Below are positions 13,113 through 24,272 of a stretch of 64,000 nt of DNA, in pieces. Each line of letters starts with the position of its first letter. The first letter of the stretch is position 1. Origin of the DNA: Macrostomum lignano. Its lineage: Eukaryota. The notes under the pieces were generated by a model, which was not told the origin of the DNA, did not search any database, and worked only from the letters and a program-made list of their open reading frames with translations. The stretch covers positions 496,001 through 560,000 of the forward strand of contig NIVC01000434.1 of the NCBI GenBank assembly GCA_002269645.1, written 5' to 3'. The translations under genes were made by a program, and so were the position numbers.

Positions 13113-14446
13113 GATTGGGGCGGCCGTACTTTTGCATAAATTTTCTGACAAGCCTTAGCTAAACTGAAGAAGAGATCGATAGCATAAAATCCGTCTAAGC
13201 TTGTACTCAACAGAATTGCTACAAGCCTCACTTAGGCAACATTTGAGCGGAAAAGAATATTTCTGGGCCTGCTGCAAAAGATTTATGAAAATCTCTTCTA
13301 ACCGGGTCTTCAGTCCTTCAGGAAACAGACAAGCCTCAGTCTAATAGGAAGCAATATAAAAGTGCATGCAGATTCGCAATTGCACCAGCTGGAAAAAATA
13401 GGGAATTTAGCTTTGGATTTAAAGCATTGCATGATTGTAGAGTTGGACTGTTTAACACCCTCCAATCAGGTTACGTGCGAGAGCGCATGCTTCCTGTAAA
13501 GTGAGGATTCGGAATGGATTGTAGCAACTTGATAAAAGTCCATCTGTAAAAATAAACTCCATTTGAACAGAATGCACACATTTGAAATTCGCAAGTCCAT
13601 ATTTTGAACTTGTGCTCTCTCCGAGAGAGCCTTTTGAGATTTGAGATAAGCCAGCACATTTGCCTCTATGAACCGCCACTGCATGTGCTTGAGTAGTTTC
13701 AACTCAACTTGGTAAAAAAATATCCTGAACCGAGCCGAAAAGCTTAACATCAAGAACCCATTTGAACTCTCACTTGAGCAGTTTATAAATAACCGTAGCA
13801 TGAAATTAAATTTCACGCACACCCGAGTATCACTCTTAACTCAGCCGACCAGCCAGCAAGTTACCTTAGATACCAAAATACGGGGATACTTCTATAATCG
13901 AACGATGAATGATAGGCTTCTCAGGCGAGTGGTGTTTCAGTTGTTTATGCACCAGTGGCACAGGTTTGGGGCCACGCATCAAGGAAGCTGTGACCAGATC
14001 AAGAGGCGCATGAAATAGCGAATCCGTGAGCTCCTTGGGCATGCTCATTAACGCCTTCCTTTCCCCATACTGGTATTTATAGTTTCCTAAACTTTTTGAG
14101 CCGAAGCTTAGCTGTTGCAAGAAAAAGTTTCTGGACGGGCAAGGATCGGCTGAATATTCTAATCCCGGGATATTGTGGAATAATCTGGAATCAAATATTC
14201 ATTCGTGACTGATACTAGATTAAATTATGACTTCTGCCAGTTGCAGGGAGCAAATTTTAATATGGAAAATGTCTTTGGATTTCAGATGAAAGGACAAAAT
14301 AGGCAGAATACATGTGGAATAACTGCAGCTGCAGTAATTATTTATGAAGGTGTGACACAGGACATTAAATACAGGTGGCTGTTCCATTTAACCATGCGAA
14401 TGCAGCAGCAATGAAACTCAATACTGTTGAACACTATATACCAAAC

Positions 14447-14553
14447 ATCAGCACTACCAGACATCAGCCGTAAATGACACTGGTAGACACTACCAGACAT
14501 CAGCCGTAAATGACACTGGTAGACACTACCAGACATCAGCCTTGAATGACACT
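14447..14553. repeat. 36-bp hairpin minisatellite, left fragment (about 3 units)
   Basis: Same unit as 15077-15880. Confidence 0.9.
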
Positions 14554-14769
14554 ACCTGCCTGGACTTTGGTCCGGTTCTTTCGTCCGCTTACTTCTCTTA
14601 GTTCGTCCGATTGATAATGCATTTTTTCCATAGGGAAAATTCGGGCGAAGCGGACGAAAAGTTACGAAATCGGACGAAAAATTCACCTCACGTGAGGTTC
14701 GTCCGCACGTTAGTCCGCTGTTTGATCCGATTTTTGATCTGCTGCTTCGCCCGATTTACTTATAAATCG

Positions 14770-15078
14770 AATCGGACGAACAGGCGGATTAAAAAAGCGG
14801 GTGAAATGCGGACGAACCACTTTAGTTGGCGTATCGGACGAACAGGCGGATTAAAAGCGGGTGAAATGCGGACGAACCGCTTCAGTTGGCGAAATGGACG
14901 AACAGGCGGATTAAAAGCGGGTGAAATGCGGACGAACCGCTTCAGTTAGCGTATCGGACGAGCAGGCGGATTAAATGCGGGTGAAATGCGGACGAACCGC
15001 TTCAGTTGGCGTATCGGACGAGCAGGCGGATAAAAAGCGGGTGAAATGCGGACGAACCGCTTTAGTTGGCGTATCGGA
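14770..15078. repeat. About 59-bp tandem repeat (about 5 copies) rich in CGGACGAA, part of an insertion that splits the 36-bp array
   Basis: CGGACGAACAGGCGGATTAAAAGCGGGTGAAATGCGGACGAACCGCTTCAGTTGGCGTAT repeated. Confidence 0.88.
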
Positions 15079-15880
15079 CACTGACACTGGTAGACACTAC
15101 CAGACATCAGCCGTAAATGACACTGGTAGACACTACCAGACATCAGCTTTAAATGACACTGGTAGACACTACCAGACATCAGCTTTAAATGACACTGGTA
15201 GACACTACCAGACATCAGCCGTAAATGACACTGGTAGACACTACCAGACATCAGCTTTAAATGACACTGGTAGACACTACCAGACATCAGCTTTAAATGA
15301 CACTGGTAGACACTACCAGACAACAGCCGTAAATGACACTGGTAGACACTACCAGACATCAGCCGTAAATGACACTGGTAGACACTACCAGACATCAGCC
15401 GTAAATGACACTGGTAGACACTACCAGACATCAGCTTTAAATGACACTGGTAGACACTACCAGACATCAGCCGTAAATGACACTGGTAGACACTACCAGA
15501 CATCAGCTTTAAATGACACTGGTAGACACTACCAGACATCAGCTTTAAATGACACTGGTAGACACTACCAGACATCAGCTTTAAATGACACTGGTAGACA
15601 CTACCAGACATCAGCCGTAAATGACACTGGTAGACACTACCAGACATCAGCCGTAAATGACACTGGTAGACACTACCAGACATCAGCTTTAAATGACACT
15701 GGTAGACACTACCAGACATCAGCCGTAAATGACACTGGTAGACACTACCAGACATCAGCCGTAAATGACACTGGTAGACACTACCAGACATCAGCTTTAA
15801 ATGACACTGGTAGACACTACCAGACATCAGCCGTAAATGACACTGGTAGACACTACCAGACATCAGCCGTAAATGACACT
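15077..15880. repeat. 36-bp minisatellite GACACTGGTAGACACTACCAGACATCAGCCGTAAAT, about 22 copies, each with a 7-bp stem-loop
   Basis: 12-aa periodic spurious ORFs; CTGGTAG-ACA-CTACCAG inverted repeat in each unit. Confidence 0.96.
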
Positions 15881-16542
15881 ACTAACTCTCAGCTTATGAA
15901 AGAATCCAAAACCAAAACAGTCGTAAGTGATTTTCTTATCTAATGAATAGTGAAAATTGAGAAAATAGAAAAAAACAGCGGGATAGAAGCAACAAGTTTC
16001 GCCGCTATTAAATTCTATATTCATCGGGTTGGACAAACTGCCGCTATATATTTTCCAGCTCAAAAACAAATCACTGACCTTCCGACGCGAGTGACCTGAC
16101 ATCATTTTCGATCGAATACACTAACTGCGATTTAATATGCAAATTAGTTAGCAACTAAATTAATTTTAACGCAAATGCTAAGTGTTTTGCAGATGCCACA
16201 CTATTACACTTCTAATTCTCCTGATGTGTAAGTGCAATAAAAACCTCAATAATGGGCATCCCAGATTTAAGCTAACATAGCTAACTATAGTTAACACAAA
16301 CACAAGAGATGGTAATTTTCAACTATAAATTATTGAGAATGAAGTTACAGTAAAAAGCTGATTTACCGTAGATTAATTCTTATCACTGGTAGGCTGGACT
16401 TTGCTAACCTTTCTCACTGGCCAGCCTCTTAAATACACAAATTATACTACTAAAGAGACTGCTGTTTCTGACTCAGCTTTGGCCATAGACATCTTGCTTG
16501 ACGGCCGCGGAGACATTCGAAATTTGGTAGATTAGCACGCCA

Positions 16543-16930
16543 GCCATGGGTGAAGGAATAGAAAGGATCGCTCATCTGAAAGAGAGTGTATGGCCAAGAC
16601 TTCGTAAAAATTGGGTGGGATATCCCCCCCCATGAATTTTATTGGCTGCTGGAATTTAATAATAGTCCACCCTAAGCTCTTACTGGCTGAAGCTTGTACG
16701 CAGGGGAAATCCCCAAGTCACGATTTACGCGCATGCTAGGCTGTAGTATAATGAACATAGATTGCCTTTTCTCTTGTTTTAAATGCTAACTACTTTCCAT
16801 AAGCCGTCGTGGCCCAGAGGAAGAAAGGACTATTATTAACTTCCAGCAGCCAATGAAATTCATCGGGGGAGTCTTGACCATAGACTCGCTTTCAGATGGG
16901 CGATCCTTTCTATTCCTTCATCCATGACTC
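16543..16930. mobile_element. MITE-like element with about 100-125-bp imperfect inverted repeats, just downstream of PHB1
   Basis: 16545-16670 (TGAAGGAATAGAAAGGATCGC...ATTGGCTGCTGGAA.TTAATAATAGTCC) is the reverse complement of 16828-16930. Confidence 0.75.
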
Positions 16931-17018
16931 CAGCCCAGTGTATTACAATTAGGCTACGGAAAAAAACTAGGAAATGTCTGCAACCCTGTCATTTTGCTTT
17001 GAAAATATTCTGATCAGT

Positions 17019-18463
17019 TCACTGCGGCAACTGCAGCAGAGTGGTCTGGCCAGTTGGCAAGTAGGCCACCCTGGGATTCTTGCCCAGCTGATAGGCCACA
17101 TCTTCGGACGCTTCGATCCGACGCAACTCAATCAGGCCTTCGCCAACTTTGCCGAACGCCTCGGACAGAAGCTTAGCAGCCAGGGCGTCGCCTTCTGCCG
17201 ACACGATGGCCGCTTTCTTGGTTTGCTCGGCTTTTTCAACAAGAAACCGAGCCCGCTCCGCCTCCTGCTGAGCCACCTGCTTGGCTTCTACCGCGTCAGA
17301 GAATTCCTTGCCGAATGTCAGATGCGTCAGCGCGATGTCGTCGATCGTGATGCCGAAGCTGTAGGCGCGTTCCACTAGGCCTTCGCGGACCTGCAGTATT
17401 CAGCAGTTAGGAGAGAGGCTTAAGCACTGTACTTTTAGTGAGTTGCTGCTTGCACTTAGTACAATACAATATTCAGTGGGTCAGTGAGTCAGTGGGTGTG
17501 TTAGTGGGTCAATAGACACTGTCAGAGGGTCAATTAATGAGTCAGTGGATCAGAGGGTCAGTCAGTGGGTGACTCAATGGGTCAGAGGGTCAATTCAGTG
17601 GGTGAATCAATGGGTCAGAGAGTAAATCAGCGGATGACTCAGTGGGTCAGAGGGTCAATCAGTGGGCGACTCAGTGGGTCAGAGGGTCAATCAGTGGGTG
17701 ACTCAGTGGGTCAGAGGGTCAATCAGTGGGTGACTCAGTGGATCAGAGGGTCAGTCAGTGGGTGACTCAGTGGGTCAAGAGGGTCAATCAGTGGGTGACT
17801 CAGTGGGTCAGAGGGTCAATCAGTGGGTGACTCAGTGGGTCAGAGGGTCAATCAGTGGGCGACTCAGTGGGTCAGAGGGTCAATCAGTGGGCGACTCAGT
17901 GGGTCAGAGGGTCAATCAGTGGGTGACTCAGTGGGTCAGAGGGTCAATCAGTGGGCGACTCAGTGGGTCAGAGGGTCAATCAGTGGGTGACTCAGTGGGT
18001 CAGTCAGCCAGTGGCGCACCTTCTGAGACACCACCTCTCGCTGGGTGATGAGCTCGGACGCGTCGAACTGAGCCACCACGGCCTTCAGCACCTCGTTAGT
18101 GATGGACGGCAGGACGCGTTCGTCATAGTCGGCGCCAAGATTGTTGAGTATCTGGGGCAGCTGCTCAGACTGAGGCCTGAACAGAATGCGCAGCGAGATG
18201 TTGACATTCTGCAGGTCCTTGCTGCCGGTCACGACGGAGACCAGACGGGGGCGGCAGCGAATCTCGAAAATGGTCGGCCGCTGCAGCCAGGGAATGCGAA
18301 AGTGCGTGCCCTCGCTATAGACCTCCTGCTTGACGCCGGAGAATCTGTCAAAGATGACAGCCTGCTCGCCAGCGTCAACATTATAAACGGCCGCTTGAAC
18401 AGCACTGCCAATGGCCGCGGCGCCGAGGCCAAGGATGCCGAGCTTATTAAGTAGACTTTGCAT
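17019..18463 (-). CDS. PHB1: Prohibitin 1, 271 aa; exons 18463-18020 and 17390-17019
   Basis: YNVDAG...VIFDRFSGV...GTHFRIPW; [16 protein letters not shown]; [31 protein letters not shown]; [17 protein letters not shown]. The phase-0 GT-AG intron gives canonical length. Confidence 0.96.
17475..18012. repeat. About 30-bp minisatellite filling the PHB1 intron
   Basis: TCAGTGGGTCAGAGGGTCAATCAGTGGGTGAC repeated. Confidence 0.93.
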
Positions 18464-18507
18464 ATTGTTTGTCACCAACGCTGCAGTGGTAATCAGTGCA
18501 ATATCTA

Positions 18508-19041
18508 AAACTAACCCTAGTGAGGAAGCGATTCAACACTGAAAATCCCAGCTCTTATGAACTCAAAACTAACCCAAGTGAGGAAGCGACTCAACACTGA
18601 TAATCCCAGCTCTTATGAACTCAAAACTAACCCTAGTGAGGAAGCGACTCAACACTGATAATCCCAGCTCTTATGAACTCAAAACTAACCCTAGTGAGGA
18701 AGCAACTCAAAGCCACTGATTATCCCAGCTCTTATGAACTCAAAACTAACCCTAGTGAGGAAGCAACTCAAAGCCACTGATTATCCCAGCTCTTATGAAC
18801 TCAAAACTAACCCTAGTGAGGAAGCGACTCAAAGCCACTGATTATCCCAGCTCTTATGAACTCAAAACTAACCCTAGTGAGGAAGCAACTCAAAGCCACT
18901 GATTATCCCAGCTCTTATGATCTCAAAACTAACCCTAGTGAGGAAGCAACTCAAAGCCACTGATTATCCCAGCTCTTATGAACTCAAAACTAACCCTAGT
19001 GAGGAAGCGACTCAAAGCCACTGATTATCCCAGCTCTTATA
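18508..19041. repeat. 58-61-bp minisatellite (about 9 copies) immediately upstream of PHB1
   Basis: CTAACCCTAGTGAGGAAGCGACTCAA(AGC)CACTGATTATCCCAGCTCTTATGAACTCAAAA repeated. Confidence 0.94.
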
Positions 19042-20603
19042 TGAACCCAATGTAACTGAAGGAGACAAAGATTCAAAAATGAAACCGCAAATAATAACAA
19101 AGGTAAGCTAGCAATCCAATTTATTTGATAAAAGTACAAGCGTACAGTAGCTAGATGACTCAGCATTAAGCAGCAGTGATCCCTCACAATGTTGATCACA
19201 GTGTGTACTATAAAAGACCTGCGCAGGATTATACGAGTATTAGAAAGGTATAAAGGAGAGCAAGACAGTTGAGAGCAGGGACAGATAAGAATGGAGAATT
19301 TATATCAATAAGTAAGAGACTACAGGTAACATTGTAAAAATCATTAACATCTGATCTATTCTCATGTACGTGTAGTATATACAGGTGTGAATGTGTGCGT
19401 AACAAACTTATATCATTTTTTTCCTTAGTAACAAATATTTATTCATAAGTAAAGCATTAATTATTAATTAAAGTTATCACAAAATTGTAGAAATACTCAA
19501 CATAAAAACACAATAACAATAAAACAGTAAGTATTGCATATTGTTAATGTGACTTAATAAAAAAACAATTATCGCACAACACCCAGAGTAGAGATTCAGG
19601 CAAATAGATAAAAAATGAAAAGTTAATAAGCTTGGTCTAAAGTTATGTAGAAAAAAATACTGCTTGCAGCATTGTGACTTTATAATTTTTTCTTCATCAA
19701 AATATGGCTAACTTCAGGGAATACGAAATTCCACGTTAGTCTGTGAAATTGAAATAAGCAGATAAACTTAGACTCGCCGCTATTAATTAAATTGAGCCAA
19801 ATTCATTAATTAGCCAGCTATTTGATTATAGGCTGGATATAATCAAATTGATTGCGAGCTATGCTCATCTCAGTAACTCGTTATTTTTTAATAAGTAATT
19901 TATTTTAGCAGAAAAAGCTTTTAATTAATGAGAAAATCAATTTAAAGCAGACAAAACATTACGACGGATTGTTACGACATGATCATTTTGCCTGCTTACC
20001 TGTGCCCGTTAATAGCTATAGACCCATTGACGCCCGCTAATCGAGCGGTAGAGAAAGCACAAAAACTGGTTTATACAGCAAGCTGTCTATGGCCAAAACT
20101 CTATTAATCACCAGCAAATCGCGTCAACTTCTGAAGTTCATTTATTGAAAAAAATAGTCAATGGTAGTGAGTGGGTGGCGGCTCTGGTCGGACCGCCCCT
20201 ACACCTCTTTCAATTTATGTCTTTAATTTAATGCTCTTCCTATATCCCTGTTTTGGCCATAGACAATCCTCGAAGCGTGGGTTGAATATGGCTGGCCGAG
20301 TCTTAATTTCAATGCTCGACTTCCAAGGATTGCTTGGAAGGATGTTTTGCTCCGACCATAAACAATTACATGTATTTAGGGCTGGATCACAGAGCTTGAA
20401 TTACAAACATTGAAATTGGACTATATGTACTCGATAGATCCAATCTTTTTTACCGTAGGTTATATTGTAACCTCTAGCCCAAAAAGTTCGGCAAACTCCA
20501 GCCCGCGAAGTCTCTTAATCCGACACTCGGGACCTTTGAAACTTCACAATACGAGTAGAAATCCGGCTCATTCAAGGTTTGTCTCTTCTGAGCTCTCTAA
20601 CCT

Positions 20604-20914
<311 letters not shown>

Positions 20915-21176
20915 TTTTCAACTATCTTTTTTCATCTTCTCTCTCTTCTTCACTCTCTCCTCTTATCTCTCTCATATCCTCTCTTGCACTTTATCTCTTC
21001 TTTCATCTGCTATCTCTAATCTCCATCTCTCCTTTATTTCTTTTTATTTCCTCTATTATCTGACCCGCAGCCAACAGCTGGTTTCTTGAACTGGTCCTGA
21101 GGTAAAATAGTTAGCCGACTGCTGCTCTTGCCTCAATTAGCTCGCTAAATGCTATATTAGCCAAGTAAACAAAGGA

Positions 21177-22657
21177 TCAGTGCTTTTGAGATTGCTGCTG
21201 ATGCTGCATATCGAATGAAATCTGAGAAGCTGACATAGAAGCCGGAGCTTGCGATGCCCTCTCACTGCCGCTGGCCATATAGATGCTGGTGATCAGAGGA
21301 TCGTCAGGCACAAAGCACAGCTCTTCCAATGGCCCAATGCTGTCAGTCATAATACTCTCGGGCAGGTCCTTCCATTTGCCCCTCAGGATGCCTAACCGGT
21401 TGTTAGCAGAGCTAGCAGCAGCGGCCGAGCTGCCGCCAGCTCGCGACGGGTTGGAGGCCGCCGAGGCGCCAATGATCTTGGCCGCGGCCACCTCCTCGGC
21501 TTGTTCGCACTCGAGGCGGGCCACGCGCTGGGCTAGATCAGCGCTGCGCTCCGTCTCTTTGAGGCGCCACAGCACCTGCGGGCGTGGGGAGACGCGGCTT
21601 AACAATATTGACAGCTAAGCAGATACGAGTACAGCCTGGCTCAACGCCTTCGGCAATTTTGCCAGAATCTTATCCCCACGATTCTTATCCCACCCCACGA
21701 TCTCACGATTCTTACCCCCAGAATCTCACGATTCTTACCCCCAGAATCTCACGATTCTTACCCCCAGAATCTCACGATTCTTACCCCCAGAATCTCACGA
21801 TTCTTACCCCCAGAATCTCACGATTCTTACCCCCAGAATCTCACGATTCTTACCCCCAGAATCTCACGATTCTTACCCCCAGAATCTCACGATTCTTACC
21901 CCCAGAATCTCACGATTCTTACCCCCAGAATCTCACGATTCTTACCCCCAGAATCTCACGATTCTTATCCCGATTCTAATCTAAGTTAACAATCGTGTGC
22001 TTATTATACTATTCTCGATAGTGACACCAACTTCGACTGATGCCTCATGGAATGTCAATGCATTTTTACAAAACTTTTATATACATAAGCTACAATTAAA
22101 AATATAAGTTTCACAACATATTGGTAACTGACCTGCTCCTCCCGCCTAGCCGCCTGCGCTTGAGCCAGGCGCCGCTCGGCCTCGCGCAGCTCATTCCTCA
22201 GAGCTTTCTCTCTCTCCGCTGACTCAGCCAGCAGCTGCTCGGCCCGGTCCCGGCCTTGCCAGGCTCGGCTGAGTCGCCCAGCGCACAGCTGGTGCTCAGC
22301 CTCAGCCTGCATCAGCCGGTGACGCAGTTCTCGACACTGCGGACAAGATGATGCGCCTGAAGACTGTTGCTGCTGCTGCTGCTGAAGGTCTCGCAGGCGA
22401 AGCGCACCTTCGGCTTCGCGCATTTTAATCGTCACCAGCTCCTCCTGTAGGCCAGCCAGCTCTTCGGCCAGCCTGACCGATTCAGCCTCCAGCTGGCGGC
22501 TGCGAGCCTCCGACTCGCGCTGCAGAGCTCGGGCGTCGCAGGCCTCTAGCTGGGCGGTCAGGAGGGCTCCGTCCGGGTCAGCTGACTCTGAGCCTGCCGC
22601 TCGCCTAGGGGCGTCCCCGCACTTATCAGCTGGAGGCTTCTGGCTGGAGGATGACAT
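21177..22657 (-). CDS. EVI5-like C-terminal coiled-coil protein, about 307 aa, no TBC domain visible; exons 22657-22133 and 21575-21177
   Basis: LAGLQEELVTIKMREAEGALRLRDLQQQ and REEQVLWRLKETERSADLAQRVARLE resemble the EVI5 tail motifs ARLQEELIAVKLREAE and KEEVMAVRLREAD (recalled). Phase-0 GTCAGT...CCGCAG intron. The start codon is uncertain. Confidence 0.7.
21690..21975. repeat. 23-bp minisatellite GAATCTCACGATTCTTACCCCCA (about 11 copies) in the EVI5-like intron
   Basis: Direct reading. Confidence 0.95.
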
Positions 22658-22764
22658 GAAAGCAATGGAACAGCAAGACTCTATTAGAATGAATAACCTG
22701 CAAGCTCTTGACCTACCCACTCCCCATTGATCTGGCCTACATGCTGGCCTCCATTGTCTACCTC

Positions 22765-22870
22765 ACTCTCCTCTCCTGTCCAACCCACACTCCCCTCTCC
22801 TGTCTAACCCACACTTCCCTCTCCTGTCTACCCCACACTCCCCTCTTCTGTCTACCCCATACTCCCCTAA
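22765..22870. repeat. Degenerate pyrimidine-rich repeat of about 24 bp upstream of the EVI5-like gene
   Basis: CTCCCCTCTCCTGTCTACCCCACA repeated about 4 times. Confidence 0.75.
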
Positions 22871-23189
22871 TACCGGACACTATCAGCCGACAAAAACACA
22901 TAAAGGTGCACAATACCTGTAAAAAATAACTGGCACGCAATTTACACAGTCGTATATTTGAATTCCCAATCACAGGTTGCGGAGATGCAATCAGTTTAAA
23001 AAAATGAAGACAATGCATAATTGCTCCGTCTAGAGTGACAAAAATGAGAATACAATTTACAATTCTGCTGGCATCGGGCAAATTGTTTATATTGATACGA
23101 GTACACAAATACATAGGAATTAAATAAATTCGCATAAAATTCAATGATGATAAGATAAACTTTACTTCATCATCATGAGACGATCGTGA

Positions 23190-23695
23190 GGCGTGTTGGG
23201 GTCAAATGGGGTTCATGAGGTGTGTTGGGGTCAAATGGGGATCATGAGACGTGTTGGGGTCAAATGGGGGTCATGAGGTGTGTTGGGATTAAATGGGGAT
23301 CATGAGGTGTGTTGGGGTCAAATGGGGATCATGAGGTTTGTTGGGGTCAAATGGGGATCATGAGGTTTGTTGGGGTCAAATAGGGGTCATGAGGTGTGTT
23401 GGGATTAAATGGGGATCATGAGGTGTGTTGGGGTCAAATGGGGATCATGAGGTTTGTTGGGGTTAAATGGGGATCATGAGGTGTGTTGGGGTCAAATGGC
23501 GATCATGAGGTGTGTTGGGGTCAAATGGGGATCATGAGGTAAGTTGGGGTCAAATGGGGATCATGAGGTAAGTTGGGGTCAAATGGGGATCATGAGGTGT
23601 GTTGGGGTCCAATGGGGATCATGAGGTGTGTTGAGGTCAAATCGGGATCATAAGGTGAGTTGGGGTCAAATGGGGATCATGAGGCGTGTTGGACA
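23190..23695. repeat. 29-bp minisatellite CATGAGGTGTGTTGGGGTCAAATGGGGAT (about 17 copies)
   Basis: Direct reading; lies between CLCN7 and the EVI5-like gene. Confidence 0.95.
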
Positions 23696-24272
23696 GGGGT
23701 TCAACTGAGATCCCGGGTTCTATTTGCCGTAGGCTAATCTGAATAACAAGAATAACACAAATCTTCACAATTCTGAGCTAGCAATTGATATTGATTTCCG
23801 AGACGACGCAGCTAAAATAGGAAAAATTTCTGATTGAAATATAAAAACAGATAAAATAGTACAAAACGCACACACAGACAAATTATATATGCATCAATCA
23901 ATAGATTATTTTTTCTTAATGAAATAAATGATTAGTTCATTTAGAGAAATAATCAACCGTTTTTTAAGGCAAATTGGGCCCCAGAATATTTTTGCGACTC
24001 ACAAGTAAGAAACTTCATAAAAGTCTCTATATTTTAGAAAATCTGCAGCCTCGATTTGATGTCGGGTAATAAATACTGACGAGTGTTACAGAGCAATCTG
24101 TATTAAATGTTAGAAATATATATATTATATACAGTAGAATCAGGCCAATATTCGCATCAACTGCATAATTGCACAGCATTTTTAAATCGGAAAAAATGTT
24201 TGATTTAGAATCCGTTTAGCAAAAATATACAAAGCAGTTTGCCCACTCGCACAAACTTTGATCACCCGGTGA

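Noticed and set aside
9470-15880. CRISPR-like arrays
   Set aside because: The units are contiguous with no unique spacers, there are no cas genes, and the context is eukaryotic; these are minisatellites.
12299-15943. Long periodic ORFs (249-322 aa)
   Set aside because: Products of stop-free tandem repeats.
18508-19041. Interstitial telomere
   Set aside because: Only one TTAGGG-like motif per 60-bp unit, not a telomeric tract.
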